From assembly GCF_001194135.2 (NCBI RefSeq), contig NC_068988.1, positions 53,783,386 to 53,840,499 on the forward strand: a DNA stretch of 57,114 bases, read 5' to 3'. The position numbers and the translations under genes are program-made. The DNA comes from Octopus bimaculoides. Its lineage: Eukaryota. A model generated the notes under the pieces. That model was not told the origin of the DNA. It worked only from the letters and a program-made list of their open reading frames with translations, and ran no database searches. Each line of letters starts with the position of its first letter. Within the stretch, counting starts at the first letter, position 1. Of this stretch, positions 1 to 12,556 are shown piece after piece.

Positions 1-40
<40 letters not shown>

Positions 41-235
41 ATTCACACAAATGATATATCTATATTTATAAACATACATACATACATACATATATATGCT
101 GGGATGAATAAACTGTCGTCTAAATTACGCAGAAATGAAAATAACACAGACATGTCAAATTAAAATCAATATTGAACATGCTTTGTTTCTAAGAAAATAT
201 TTTCAGAAATCCCATGTAGATTGTTTGCTATTTTT

Positions 236-462
236 GTTGTTTTAATCCTTCTCGAATCATATAGTCTCATAGGCGCCTATTTCCCGGTTTTTGTGACGCA
301 TATTTTCGTCCCTGGACGTCAGAAGATTACTCATTTTTACCAGCTGAGTGGACTGGAACAACATGAGACAGAGTAATACAACAAGTCGAGCGGTCCGGGA
401 ATCGAAACCACAATCTTACGATCATGAGTCCAACACCCTAACCACTAGGCCACATACCTCCT
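236..462 (-). mobile_element. tRNA-derived SINE (head at ~400-462, LINE-like tail)
   Basis: The reverse complement begins GGAGGTATGTGGCCTAGTGGTTAGGGTGTTGGACTCATGATCGTAAGATTGTGGTTTCGATTCCCGGACC, containing Pol III A box (TGGCCTAGTGG) and B box (GTTTCGATTCC). Confidence 0.75.
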
Positions 463-1382
463 GTTGTTGTTGTTTTGCCTCCATGTAATCTCTGTTAAAG
501 CAGATCTATGTTCCATTTATCCATGTTGGCATAGATTGGTCAGGTCTGATCAGGTGTGGGGGCATTCGCTGTTTCAGGGCGTCGTTGCATCTAACATTTG
601 TCAGTTTTTGCTCGGGAAAACCCGAGCAATCCTCCGAGCAGTCAGTCTCCCAGTCGATTCCCATCCCTGCGAGATACTTCCTCATCAATCGTGGCCATGT
701 AACAAGTGGTCGACTAACATTTTCCTTGCTATAGTATTCTATAGTTCAGCTGAACGCTTTGGTCTTATTAGCTTCTGAAATCATTGGTTCCTTCCTTGCA
801 ACTCTTTGTTCATATTCAAGGGCTTTCAATACTTTTCTTTCACGACATGGCATCAGATATATGTAAGTTCGTTTATCGCTGATTCGTTCATCACTGATCC
901 GGGATAACATCGTACGCTCAATTATGGACTATGTTATGCTTATCACGGATTGATTTATAACACGAGTCGGTGATCACTCGAAGACACTGCTTGTACTGCA
1001 AAAAACGCACCCTAGCGACTACTCACAATGCTCAGCTGCCCAGAATGCACTAACTATCGCTTGTGTTTACATGACAATACTGCAAGGTTGTATATTTTTC
1101 GTGTGTACTTATATGTCCGTACCCTGCAACATGAGATCATTGAACAGAAGAAATATGAAGACGCCTGATCCTAACAAACAATGCAGACAACTAGAGACAA
1201 TCAAGAAAATATGTGATGGTGGAAGCTTTGCTGCTGTGTGACGCGAGTTTCGTGTCATTGAATCTTGCCATTCGTTCCGTTTACGAAGTGAGAAGAATGA
1301 TTCGTTTATCACTAATTCATTTATAACTTATTAAACCAACCACAACCCCACCCACCGTTTTAAATGAGAATATATATAGAGT

Positions 1383-1761
1383 GGAGGCGCAATGGCCCAG
1401 TGGTTAGGGCAGCGGACTCGCGGTCATAGAATCGCGGTTTCGATTCCCAGACCGGACGTGGTGAGTGTTTATTGAGCGAAAAACCTGAAGCTCCACGAGG
1501 CTCTGGCAGGGGATGGTGGCGAACCCTGCTGTACTCTTTCACCCCAACTTTCTCTCACTCTTATTTCCTGTTTCTGTTGTGCCTGTATTTCAAAGGGTCA
1601 GCCTTGTCACACTGTGTCACGCTGAATATCCCCGCGAACTACGTTAAGGGTACACGTGTCTGTGGAGTGCTCAGCCACTTGCACGTTAATTTCACGAGCA
1701 GGCTGTTCCGTTGATCGGATCAACTGGAACCCTCGATGTCGTAAGCGACGGAGTGCCAACA
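1383..1761 (+). mobile_element. Full-length tRNA-derived SINE, family A
   Basis: A box TGGCCCAGTGG and B box GGTTTCGATTCC. A near-identical copy lies at 23606-23985 and a partial inverted copy at 40361-40546. The style resembles described octopus tRNA-derived SINEs (OR1/OR2/OK), but I cannot assign a family. Confidence 0.9.
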
Positions 1762-2060
1762 TATGCATTTAGAATCTATATCTTCTCTAGTAGTTACAAA
1801 TCGAGGTTTAATAATTTCCTTTTTAACTACTCGTTTTACCTTCTCTCAGAAACTTTCTCTGCACCACAGATCTCTTCTTCACTCGGTAATGTTCCTCTTC
1901 AATCAACTTCTTGACTATGTTATTCGCTGTTTGGTGATTAATACTGACAGATTGAACTATTTCTAGACTGATCTTTCTACAATAATAGCATCCGGTGTAA
2001 ATTCATCGATATCTCTTTTTCTCCTTATGGTTTTCATTGCTATCAAATTAAATTTACAAT

Positions 2061-2103
<43 letters not shown>

Positions 2104-3410
2104 ACACACACACACACACAGAGTTAAATCCAGGAGACAGTGATGCCGTTAAACATGATTAGGCTTGATATATATAAATATGCATACGTACATTTGCACA
2201 TATAGGTATATATAGTACTATAGGAATTGAATTCATATATGTCCTTAAAGAAGAGGAAACCTATCTAATTAGAAAGAAAGCAAGAAAGAAAATCAATAGT
2301 TGGTTAAAAAAAACTTTGCAGGTTATGCGTTACTGTCAGAAGGCAAAGGGTGAGGACAAATACCACAAGGCGTTTTGTCCAACTTGCGAATAATTTTGCC
2401 AAGTTAAGCAGAAATGGCAGCGTGGTAAGCAGTTCGCTTCACAACCAGTTTGATCCCACTCCATGACACCTCAGGTTAGACATACCGAAGTTTGCCTACT
2501 GTCTTATGAGTCGAGTTTACTTGGTTGAAACTGTACAGAAGCCTATCTCATTTAACGTGAATGAAACCTCATTTTAGTGAAGTTTCATGTAGCAGCATTT
2601 CAACGGACAAAACACACGCACACACACACCAGCGCGCGTGAATATATACTCAAAACGTTCTTATTGTTTTGCCATTTTACCCTCGTGAGAAGGATCTCAT
2701 TGCAATCCAAGCACATACGCAAATGGAGACGATCAGTCAATGACACTTGGGTTTGCTTCGTTTCCTGTCGAGAGTGTTTGGTCTTAGGCTTTCCTACCAA
2801 ATTATGACGCAATTTTGCAATATCCTAAAATGCGGTTATTTTATTTTATTTCTTTTTCCTTTAAAATTAATTTAGTATTCTTGCTATCTGCATAGGCATA
2901 AGAGCAGTATCATTATATACCTAACTAAAGATTATTTTTAAAAGGGTTGAAGGAGTAAAGAAAAGCGTTGTTGCAGAATCATTAAGATTTACACTGCTCC
3001 GTTGTTTTTATACACCATAATGTACCAGTCGGACAAAATAAAGTTGACAAACAAAATTCAAACGAGGGTAATGCTTCAAAACTTTCTCTCTCGCTCTCGT
3101 TCACACACACACACACACACAAAATTTTAAAATCATAAAAAAGAAGGAGAAGAGCGTAAAGTTAAAGATATCATAACACTACTTGCCACATTTACAAGCC
3201 ATTATCTAGTAGAAAGTATTAATTTCTTTCTCTTTTTAATCGCTCGAAAAAAGCTGGGAACTCACTCAATCGTTTCTTGCTTCTTGTGTATAGCTTGAAA
3301 GTTCAGGAAACGATACAAAAGAATCAGCATGCGTTCAGATCTAAGCCACAGTGAAATTTTCATTATAATTGAGGGCATTATAGCAAGAAGTAAATACTCA
3401 AATGCTCAAC

Positions 3411-3411
3411 A

Positions 3412-3450
<39 letters not shown>
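3411..3450. repeat. (ATCT)n microsatellite
   Basis: About 9-10 ATCT units directly abutting the LINE endonuclease start. Confidence 0.95.
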
Positions 3451-3451
3451 T

Positions 3452-4110
3452 TTTGCGCGTGGATTGAGGGCCCCTTGGAAACAAGGATACCTCTTAAACG
3501 ACATAAAGTCACATGAATTAGAAATCATAGCCATAAGTAAGACCAGATTCCATAATCCACGGGCCCTAAAGTCCATGTTTGGCGGACAGTTTAACATTAT
3601 TTTTCTCCCTGTCTGCCGAGAATGGGCGGTAGTGACACGGCGGTACTTTTTCAGAAGAGTCTGGATCTCGAAGTAAAGACAATATTCGTAGACCCGGAGG
3701 GTAGACTGGTTGTCCTGGATGTCAACGGCAGCAGTGGATGCGCTTTTCGACTCGTATCAGTCTACGCACCGCCTTTAACAGGTCGGCCTGGTTTCTTTCG
3801 ACGTCTAGAAGTATTCCTAGGAACGTCTCGTCCTTTACTTTTAGTGGAGGATTGGAATTCTACCTTGGACACGCATCTAGACTATGTAGGCAGAGATAGG
3901 AATAGACGGGGATGCAAATGCCTCAGAGATCTGCTCAGACGCTTTCAACTGTTTTACAGGTACCGACTCGACCACCCGAATGCGCCAACGTGGGCATGGA
4001 GCAACCGCATCGGAGCGTCGAGATCGTATCTAGATAGAATACTGTGTAGGACAGTAGAGATAGCGTAGGGTGTCCACAATTCCACATAGTCAGCTACACG
4101 GATCACAAAC
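3452..4110 (+). pseudogene. Decayed APE-type endonuclease domain of a Tx1/L1-clade LINE ORF2
   Basis: Motifs across frames: ARGLRAPWKQGYLLNDI..IIAISKT, FVDPEGRLVVLDV, FRLVSVYAP, LLVEDWN, YLDRIL, VSYTDH. These are the canonical EN motifs from N-terminus to the terminal SDH/TDH, interrupted by frameshifts. Confidence 0.9.
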
Positions 4111-5363
4111 CTTTTTACCAGTTCTTCATGCTTTATACTGTCTGATATTTCTTTTATATTACAGTTTACTTTCCAGTGCATGAATCCACCCTTGTATTCA
4201 ATTTCTTTTATTCGACTCTCAGGCACTAAAACGCATGTGTGCCACCCGTCTATGTTTGACTTTCCTTCCAAATTCACAAACTTTACATCCTTCCATCTCG
4301 TTATTTTACTCACCAGATCCATATTCACTCCTTTGTATATTATACATGCATAACAATTGAGAGGGGAGATTTGTAATTTCTTGTGTGTCTGCGATTCTTT
4401 TTTCCTTTTGTTTTGTGTCGGCGGGGAATGGGTGGGTTTAGCGTCTGCGGGGGAAGGGTGGGGTTGAGAAGGTATAGGTGGGTTGAGTGCGGGTTGGGGT
4501 TTCCATTCATTCTGACTTTCTTTCTCTTCCTCTGTTTTCTTCCTCCTACCACCTTCCACGGTTCTTCTTCGTCCGATTTTGTTGCCTCTTCTACCTTCTC
4601 CGGTTCCTTCCCGGCTTCCTCCTGGTTTTCCTTATTTTTTAAAGGGCAGTCCGCTCTAATGTGGCTCTTTTGGCCACATTTGAAGCAACGAGGGATTCTG
4701 CCCTCCATCTAGACTCTTAACACCGCATCTCCTATGGTCACCGTCTCTGCCGTTGTTGCTAAGTTCTCTGCTGTGCTCTGTATTATCATGTCTAATATTT
4801 GTCCCTTCCAATTTGTGGCCTCTGTCTTTGTAGCTTAGAGAACGGTCACTTCTTCTTCGCTTCCCAGAAGCATAGCCGCCACTACCCAAGCCACATCTAT
4901 TTCAGGGTATGTGGGTTCTGTCCTTAATGGGGTCACCGAATATTCCTTAGCTTTACTTGTGTTTTTGAAGTGTACTTCTATTGTTCCATATCGGCTTCCT
5001 CTGGCAAGATATGTTATACCCTGCCAGACTGTCCTCAATGCTTTTTCAATTGTTTCCGCTAATTCGTATTCAATTCTCCTCTCTTTCACCGAGTATACCT
5101 TGTATACAATTGTCTTTTCCGCTATGCTTTTCAGCACTTCCTGGGGGTGGTGACAACTTTACATTACCACCTTCCCTGTCTACCATTTTCTCGAAGCTCC
5201 TTTGATTTTTCAAGTCCTTTCTTGAAACCTCTGTCGCTTCCACAAAACTCCTCCTCTTCAAACATTCGTCCATTTCATGACCCGCTCGCACGAGCTCTTC
5301 CTCCGAAGACGATAATTCAGACCCGCTAAGGTCTGAATAGAACGAATTTCTTGACGAAGACAT
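4111..5363 (-). pseudogene. Decayed gag-like ORF1 of a Tx1/L1-clade LINE (CCHC zinc knuckle)
   Basis: Frameshifted ORFs 5070-5363, 4835-5137 and 4340-4708. They give an acidic Ser-rich N-terminus, an RRM-like segment (GITYLARGSRYGTIEVHF) and the CCHC knuckle CFKCGQKSHIRADC, followed by a Lys/Glu-rich tail. The putative 5'UTR extends to ~5510. Confidence 0.85.
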
Positions 5364-5864
5364 GGCTATTTCTCAACGCACGTACAAATAAACCGCTGCA
5401 AAGCAGCACAAAATAATCAACAATTCTTTAAACAATTAACAATTTCTCAAAAAACCCCCCAAAAAACCAATACTATGAAATATTACAGAAGCACAGAGCA
5501 AAACTAAAAAAAGTGCCTATATATAAGTGAACATAGAAAAGGTTGACAATAACTTTCAAGTTACGGCTCAGCTGCTTTCGTTACACTTCTTACGAATGTA
5601 ATAGAGTTATTTAATATATACGAACGAATGCAGACTAATATACGAACGAATGCAGACTAGTTTTGAAGCGTTTACCCTCTAAAACATTATCTTAAAGTAG
5701 GGGAAATACATACCAGGACATAATGCAGCAAAAGAACATTTCACATTGTTGTTTGGAACAAAATCCACTGGAGAATAGAAACTTAATCCACTGCTTGTTT
5801 ATTGTTCCGGTACTTCAAGACCAACAAAAGATTTTTCCAGATCTCGTTTGTCCATTTCCCCCCT

Positions 5865-6232
5865 CTCTTTTACTTGTTCCAATCACTGGACCTCAGCCAT
5901 ATTGAGACACTGTCTCCAAGGGTTTAGTCGTACGAAATCTACCGCAGTACTTATTTTTTCAAAGTGCAGTACTTATTCTATCAGCTTTTTTGCCGAACCG
6001 CTTGGTTACTTGGACGTAAACAAACCAACCCAGTTTTCAAGTGGTGTGGAGGACAAACACATGCACATATAGACGACAGGCTTCCACACAGTTTCCGTCT
6101 ACCAAATATACTCACAAAGTATTGGTCGGCTCGGGACAATAGTAGAAGACATTTGCTCAAGGAATCGTACAGTGGGATTGAACCTGGAACCACGTGGTTT
6201 CAAAACCAGCATCTTAACTACTCAGCCAAGCC
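5865..6232 (-). mobile_element. tRNA-derived SINE, family B (CORE-like centre, CA-repeat, ...GAAACAAGTAAAAG tail)
   Basis: Reverse complement of the family seen at 21555-21951, sharing GGTAGACGGAAACTG, CTTGAGCAAATGTCTTCTACTATTG and a tRNA-like head. Confidence 0.85.
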
Positions 6233-6889
6233 TAAAAATCCAACATAAAGTTTGGGTTGCACAGGATTTGTTTGCTCAATTGTTCGATTAAGAGTTCTGC
6301 CTTGATATGAAATGTTACTGTGAAAGGAATACTTTTGTGCCAAGAACATTGCTTTTGCGATAACACTCCCGGCCAACTCTCAAACTTCGATTCACTCTAA
6401 ACATGTGCATCATTTGAAGCCACCCTCATTTTACTAAACACAACTTCATTATTACAACCTTAAAGATCAGGGATTTATTTTCGTTTTCAGGTCATATTAT
6501 CTTAGAAATTTATATCAGTTGATTACAGTGACTGGAGATAAGAATTTGTCTGTTAAAGAATTTCAGAAAAATTACATTATGCAAGCAATGATATTTTATT
6601 AAAGATATGCCTTACTGGAGTTTGAAAGAAAAATAATTTGACCAAATGTTGTTCAAAAAAGTCATAGGGAAGAGGGTGAAACAGTTTCTCTCAGCAGCAG
6701 CGAAGGATGGGATTTGAAGAAGTTAATGGATATTCAGAATTTATCGCACGCTGATAATTGTAAGGACTAACTAGAACCATGAACTTTTAGTTCAGATAAC
6801 CTAATAAGAGATTCTTCCACAAGTGGTTATTAACAACAGATAATTAATCTATAAATTTTACTGAAATGAGTTGTACTTTAAAACGATTT

Positions 6890-6946
6890 TTAGAAAGTAA
6901 TCCAAATTCTGAAAGTAATCCAAATTCTGAAAGTAATCCAAATCCA
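6890..6946. repeat. 18-bp tandem repeat (~2.7 copies GAAAGTAATCCAAATTCT)
   Basis: Directly visible. The unit length is a multiple of 3 and encodes ESNPNS repeats on the + strand. Confidence 0.9.
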
Positions 6947-8870
6947 AAAGCATGAAAGTTTAATTGGAGGATTGAATTGTTCGAGGGAAGAATTAGAAAA
7001 TCCTCAGGACAATCAAAGCTGTCAAACCTAGATGACTTTAGTTTTATGATTATATAAATAAAATCTAACAAAACTAGTAATACCATTTTTTTTTTGATTG
7101 ACTTGATAAAATTTTGTTCAGAGGTATTCTCGGTCGACTTTATTTCGAATAAGTATAAATTCCTTTCAATAATTAAAAGAACTATCGACATACAATCTGT
7201 TCTTTCTCCCTCTAATAGCAAAATAAAAATTGGAACAATAATTTCATTTATCAAGTTGTGTGTGTGCATATGAGCTTTTGTTTATGCTTACTGACTAAAA
7301 TCCGGTGTTGCTTATGCTGTATTCCTTTATATCTCGTAATTTACTCCGGGAGCTGAAATTTGCGCTTTTACCTTTTCTTCTGATTGCTCGTAAGACACTG
7401 CGCTTTCGTTCCCATTTTCTCACATCACTATAACCTCAACTTGAACGCCTACTCCTAGCTTTCAATTCATATTCACTAAATTTATTTCTTATTTCCTGAT
7501 TATTACATTTTCAGATACTGAAGAAGATCCATAGCAACGTATATTCACATTTTCTGACTGCAAGGCCTCATTTCTTTCGATAAAAATCGTTCCAAAGAAT
7601 TGCCAGAAAGATCATTTCTAGGTTCTCCCATCTTGCGTCAGTTGTTGTTTAGTGCTAGTTGATACAATGCATGTTTTAATTTCTCGAAAACCCTATACAC
7701 AATCTAAGCAGCACCAAAATATGACGGTCGTCTTGTATCAGGGCCAGAATATTCCAACGATGTGTAGAAACAGAGTTGAAGAAATCCAGACGCTGAAGAA
7801 AGTCAAAAAATGTTACACTCTGTGAACAGCACTATCGCTTTTACTCTCAACAAGTTTATGTTGTGGAATGCAGAATTGGGAACATAAATGGCGAATCCAT
7901 GATTACAATGCAATATAAACGCCCAAACATATTTGAGGTGTTATACGACTAGCTATGGCAGTTTGATGGCAAAATTTTATCCTTGTTAAGGAAACATATC
8001 TGCTAGATTTATTGCTCCATGAGAAAATATGTGGATAAACTTAACGAAATGCCCTACAAACCTTACATCTTCAAATGTACAGGACAATAAATGTTAGCTA
8101 ATCAGCATGAGAGATGGAATCCCCCACATATTGAACAAAAACATATTCCATTCAGTCAATAAATTCTTCATAAATATTGTGTAAAAGGAAACAAACATAT
8201 AAAAAGAAAATTTATAGATAAACTTGATCGGTTCGCGTTTTAGCCACTGCCAGGTAGTGTGTTTAATTTGTTCACTGAATACTGCCGCGATTCCCCCTTG
8301 TTTTTCAAAAATCCCCATCTAAAGTCACAAATTAAGGAGGGAAAATCTGCCCTATTTTTCAGATCCTAGCAGCAACACTGTAGCTGGAAGCAGGATAATA
8401 ATATAATTCTACACTTTATCACATTCAAAAATATGTTTTTAACCACAATACGCGCGGAGTCAAAAAGAAACACTGCCTTTCCACAGCACACCCGGGTGGC
8501 ACTGCGTGAAGCCAGTGTTCTCTTTCCTTAGCGTGCAGCTTCCTATCTCGGACATGTTAGTATGCGCACAACAGCCAAAAACCGCGTCGCTGGAACTGTG
8601 AAGCGCACAGTTCTATACAAGGAGTTTTGTATTTTTTTCATAAACTAGGGGATGGCTACTGACATTAAGCTTAAGGATTATATAATGTACAAGTATAAAG
8701 AAATAATTAAAGAAAAAAGGACTCATTATATTGAATGTTATCGATAATATCGAGTGGAAATAGGGCGTGCTGCAGTTGCGCAGTACCTATACACAAGCCG
8801 CCACTAGTAGGAATTATTATCAGTAAGTTAGTAAGTTATTTATTAACCATTAACTCTCCATTTTCTTCTC

Positions 8871-8908
<38 letters not shown>

Positions 8909-9230
8909 TGAACAAGCTTCTTTTAGTTTCTATCTACCAAATCCACTTATAAAGATTTGGTTGGCCTGGGAATATAGTAGGAGACACTTGTTCAAGTTGG
9001 CTGCACAATGGCTTTTCCGAAGTCTTAAATTAGATTTTGTAAAATTTGCAGCACACCCTTTCAGAACTATTTTCCAAACGTGATAAAGTCAATTACACGA
9101 TTTTTCCTATATAGAGATGTCCGCCGGGGAAAGGTTGAAGTGCATTTTTTTCTAATTTGTTCTTTTGTGAAATCATTTAGGAGAAAAATAAAGTCGATCG
9201 AAAATAGTGAAGGAGAAACTCTTTCTATTA

Positions 9231-9390
9231 CAGGCACAAGGTCAAATTTTTGGTGGAGTTGGGGCTACCCGACTACATCGACTCCGGTGCACGACTGATG
9301 TTTATTTCATCATCCACGAGAAGATAAAGACGGGCGAAATGCCGCGGAGCATTTGTCCGGCGTGCTAACGACCCTGCGAGGTCGCCTTTT
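9231..9390 (-). mobile_element. SINE family C fragment
   Basis: GGCACAAGG...GACTACATCGACTCCGGTG...GCGTGCTAACG. The same family recurs at ~25420-25750, 27378-27500 and 51950-52220. Confidence 0.65.
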
Positions 9391-12300
9391 TAGTACAAAT
9401 AGAAATTAAAACCGATTCATTTGAAATTCTCCTCCTCGCTCTCAGCTTACCTCCTTTAAGCAGTACATGTTCCACAGATGCCTGTCTTCTCTCTTATCTT
9501 TTCTAACAGCTATTACAATACCTTCTCACCCCTCCTGACTTGTCTTTTCTTCTCTCGTCATTCGTATTATGTCTTGGTAAAGGAAGATTAATGATTGGTG
9601 GTTTACTCCAAACCATTACTCTCAATCTTCCCATCCCAGAACACTGATAGTATGAAATCTCTTCGACCTATGTTTTCCTGCCATGAACGAGGAACATTAT
9701 CGGTTGAACGCTTCAGTCTCGGAGGGCCTGAGAAGGACATGAATAAAGCGTTATTCTCAATATCAATTCAATAGAAATAAATAAATAGATGAAGGTGTAA
9801 CTACAAATTGGTGTCCCCACCACCACCACTCGACTTCGTTTCCTCCGAATTTTCTTAAAAATACCTATTTTTAACGAAAATTTCGGGAGATACATTTTCA
9901 ATGATGTAGAGTACAGTTAAATCGTGTTTTTTTTTTGTTAAATTTGTTTCCTTCTCTTTTTATTTTATTTCCCCATAAATTTCTTTAAAATGCATATTTT
10001 TAAAGGAAATTTAGCAGAGGGTAGATAATGATTATGCTGATAGAATCTAGAAATTTCTCTCTCCCTCTCTTTATATATATATAATATTATTTTTGGAAGA
10101 CTTCCGAATATTTTTCTTCACCGATTTGTTAAAATCAATTTCCGTAACTTCAGAACTTACACTTTTTCCCCACATTTGTTTGAAACATCAATATTACGTA
10201 ATTTACTCACTCTTTCCTTTTTCTCCCCCCCCCCCCATCTATCTATCTATCTAATTAGCTAACTAACTAAATAAATAATTAACTATCTCAGAAACTGATT
10301 TCTGCAAAATGTCACAAATGTTCGTTTAAAGAGAGCTATGAGGGAACAAAGTGGGGATGGAGAAATTGGAGAATGATCCGAAACTCCCTCCACCACACAC
10401 ATAGAAAGAAGCTTTAATTTTATCAATAGAATCGTACGCAATTTACATACTCGAAAACGTATATCCTCAAGATTTCATTGAAAAACCATGCATTTTCACA
10501 GAAAGTTGTGAACGGAATGGACACCAAAATGCTGTTATACCGAAATGAAAAATAAATCTCATTAAAATAAAAGAAACAGTTTGAACACACACATTTTGTT
10601 GTGTAATTGTTCTATGTTTAAGATTAAATGCTTAATCATTGAGAAAACGTTCACTCATAATTCATAAACATCGTTAGTGTTGATTAATTTCAAGGCGCTC
10701 CTCTTCGACTAGGTTTATGATCAAAGACATTCTAACTAATATCATCTCAATTTCTTTTTTCAGGTTTTGAGAATCCTTATATTATGCAATATGTTCCCAC
10801 AGTTTTTTTTTTTTTGCAGAGGTAGTTCGTTGTGATTCAAAGATTTAGTTGTTATTTCTAGTGGATCGAACGACCACATAGAGACACTCATATCGACTAA
10901 CCCTGGACATGGTTGAATTGATATGCCGCTGTCCTATATTTACTGAAGAATTTATTTTAGAATTTTTTTCGCCTTCATTACTTTAAATCAATGTATCACC
11001 GTTCAGTCAACAAATGATTCAAAGGCTATGGTGTCGCGTATATATAGCTTTACACATACATAGTAGAATAGAGTTTACCTGGAAAATTCAGCAAGTAATA
11101 AAAAAAAAAAAGAAATTCGTGAGATGCCGGTAAAGAATGCGAAGCATTGCAGCACGCGATAGAGCTCTGAGATGAACAAAAGAAGGTAAACGATTAGAAG
11201 GATGTTCTATTCGAGTGAGACTTAATACAGAAAGTAATCATTACAAATCTATGTTTTAATATCGGGCTGTTGCAAGAAGGACGATAATTTAAAAGAAGAA
11301 AAATTATAAACTTGTCTTGGGTATTTAGTTTACATGCTTCATTGAAGGCGGAATTTTGTTCGGCAAAGACGGTCTGTTACTCATTTTATTTTATATTTCT
11401 TCTTCGCAGCTCTAGTGTACTAGAAAAACGAAAAATGCCGAAAAAAATAAAAAAGGGAAAGGGTATTTGTTGTTAAAGCTTCAAGTGACAAGGTGAGTGG
11501 TCGGGTTTCGATCAGCGGTAGCTGTCAGGCGAATGAAAGAGAAGCACAAGAAATAAATAAAGAGAGAGGGAGAGAAAAGGTGGAATTGAAAATAAAAAAG
11601 GGTGAAAGAGAGAGAAAAGGGAGAGACAAATACGGTGAGAGAGAGAGAAATACGGTGAGAGAGAGAGAGAGTTGGCGAGTGAGCGTTCTGCCTCCTGTCG
11701 ACAAGAGAAGTAAGGGTGGTAACCAATACCGACAATCTCTTTAGCACCGCATGCCTTTTGGATGCTACCCAGCACACGGCTTTTATACATTTTCATACCA
11801 AGCTCGGTAGAACTATTGAACCATTAACCATTTTCGGAAGATGTCGAGTAGAGGAAGTTATTTCACTTGCATATTCTAATGTTTTCTCTAATCAACGGTT
11901 CTACTCGAAATCTCAACGATAAGTTCAGAACTAACAAGGAGCTATGGCTTTTATATTTATTAATTTCTTTTTCGACTGAACGGGAGAAATGTAAGTAAAC
12001 ACACTTATGATATATATCTACTTTTCTTTTTACAGATTTAAGAGCTCTGTTGCATATTTTCTTGTTAAAGTCTTATTTCAGTTTGATTTTTGTCTTCGGT
12101 TCAGTTGTAGTAACTGGTGTCAGAATTACACCAATAAAGAAAAAAAGGGTATACATGTACATATTTGTTGAATTGAAAGAAAAAGAGTTAGCTTTGGCTG
12201 TAGTATATTTTCTGTATCGATCTTGGAACGAAATAATTGCAAGTCATGAGAAAGTCGTTCACAACAACAGGATGAAATAGAATAGGGAGTTATTGAAGAT

Positions 12301-12556
12301 AGGAGTGGCAGATATTTTCGAGGGAGCACATTGTAATCATTTCATTCATTTCCAGTGAAAACACACGCATTCGGGTATGTAATTTTAATGACTAGCTATT
12401 TTTCTTTATACATATGGTGAGGTATATTTCTCCGCATTATTATGTTTGTAGGTGAAAAAATTGTTGTTTAACTGCAAGTCAGCCTTCATAGAACAACAGA
12501 CTTGTGATAAAAGGTGTTCCAGTTTTATCTCATATATATATATATATATATATATA

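Noticed and set aside
1383-1455. tRNA-like sequence
   Set aside because: It is a SINE head: it continues into the shared SINE body and lacks a proper acceptor stem.
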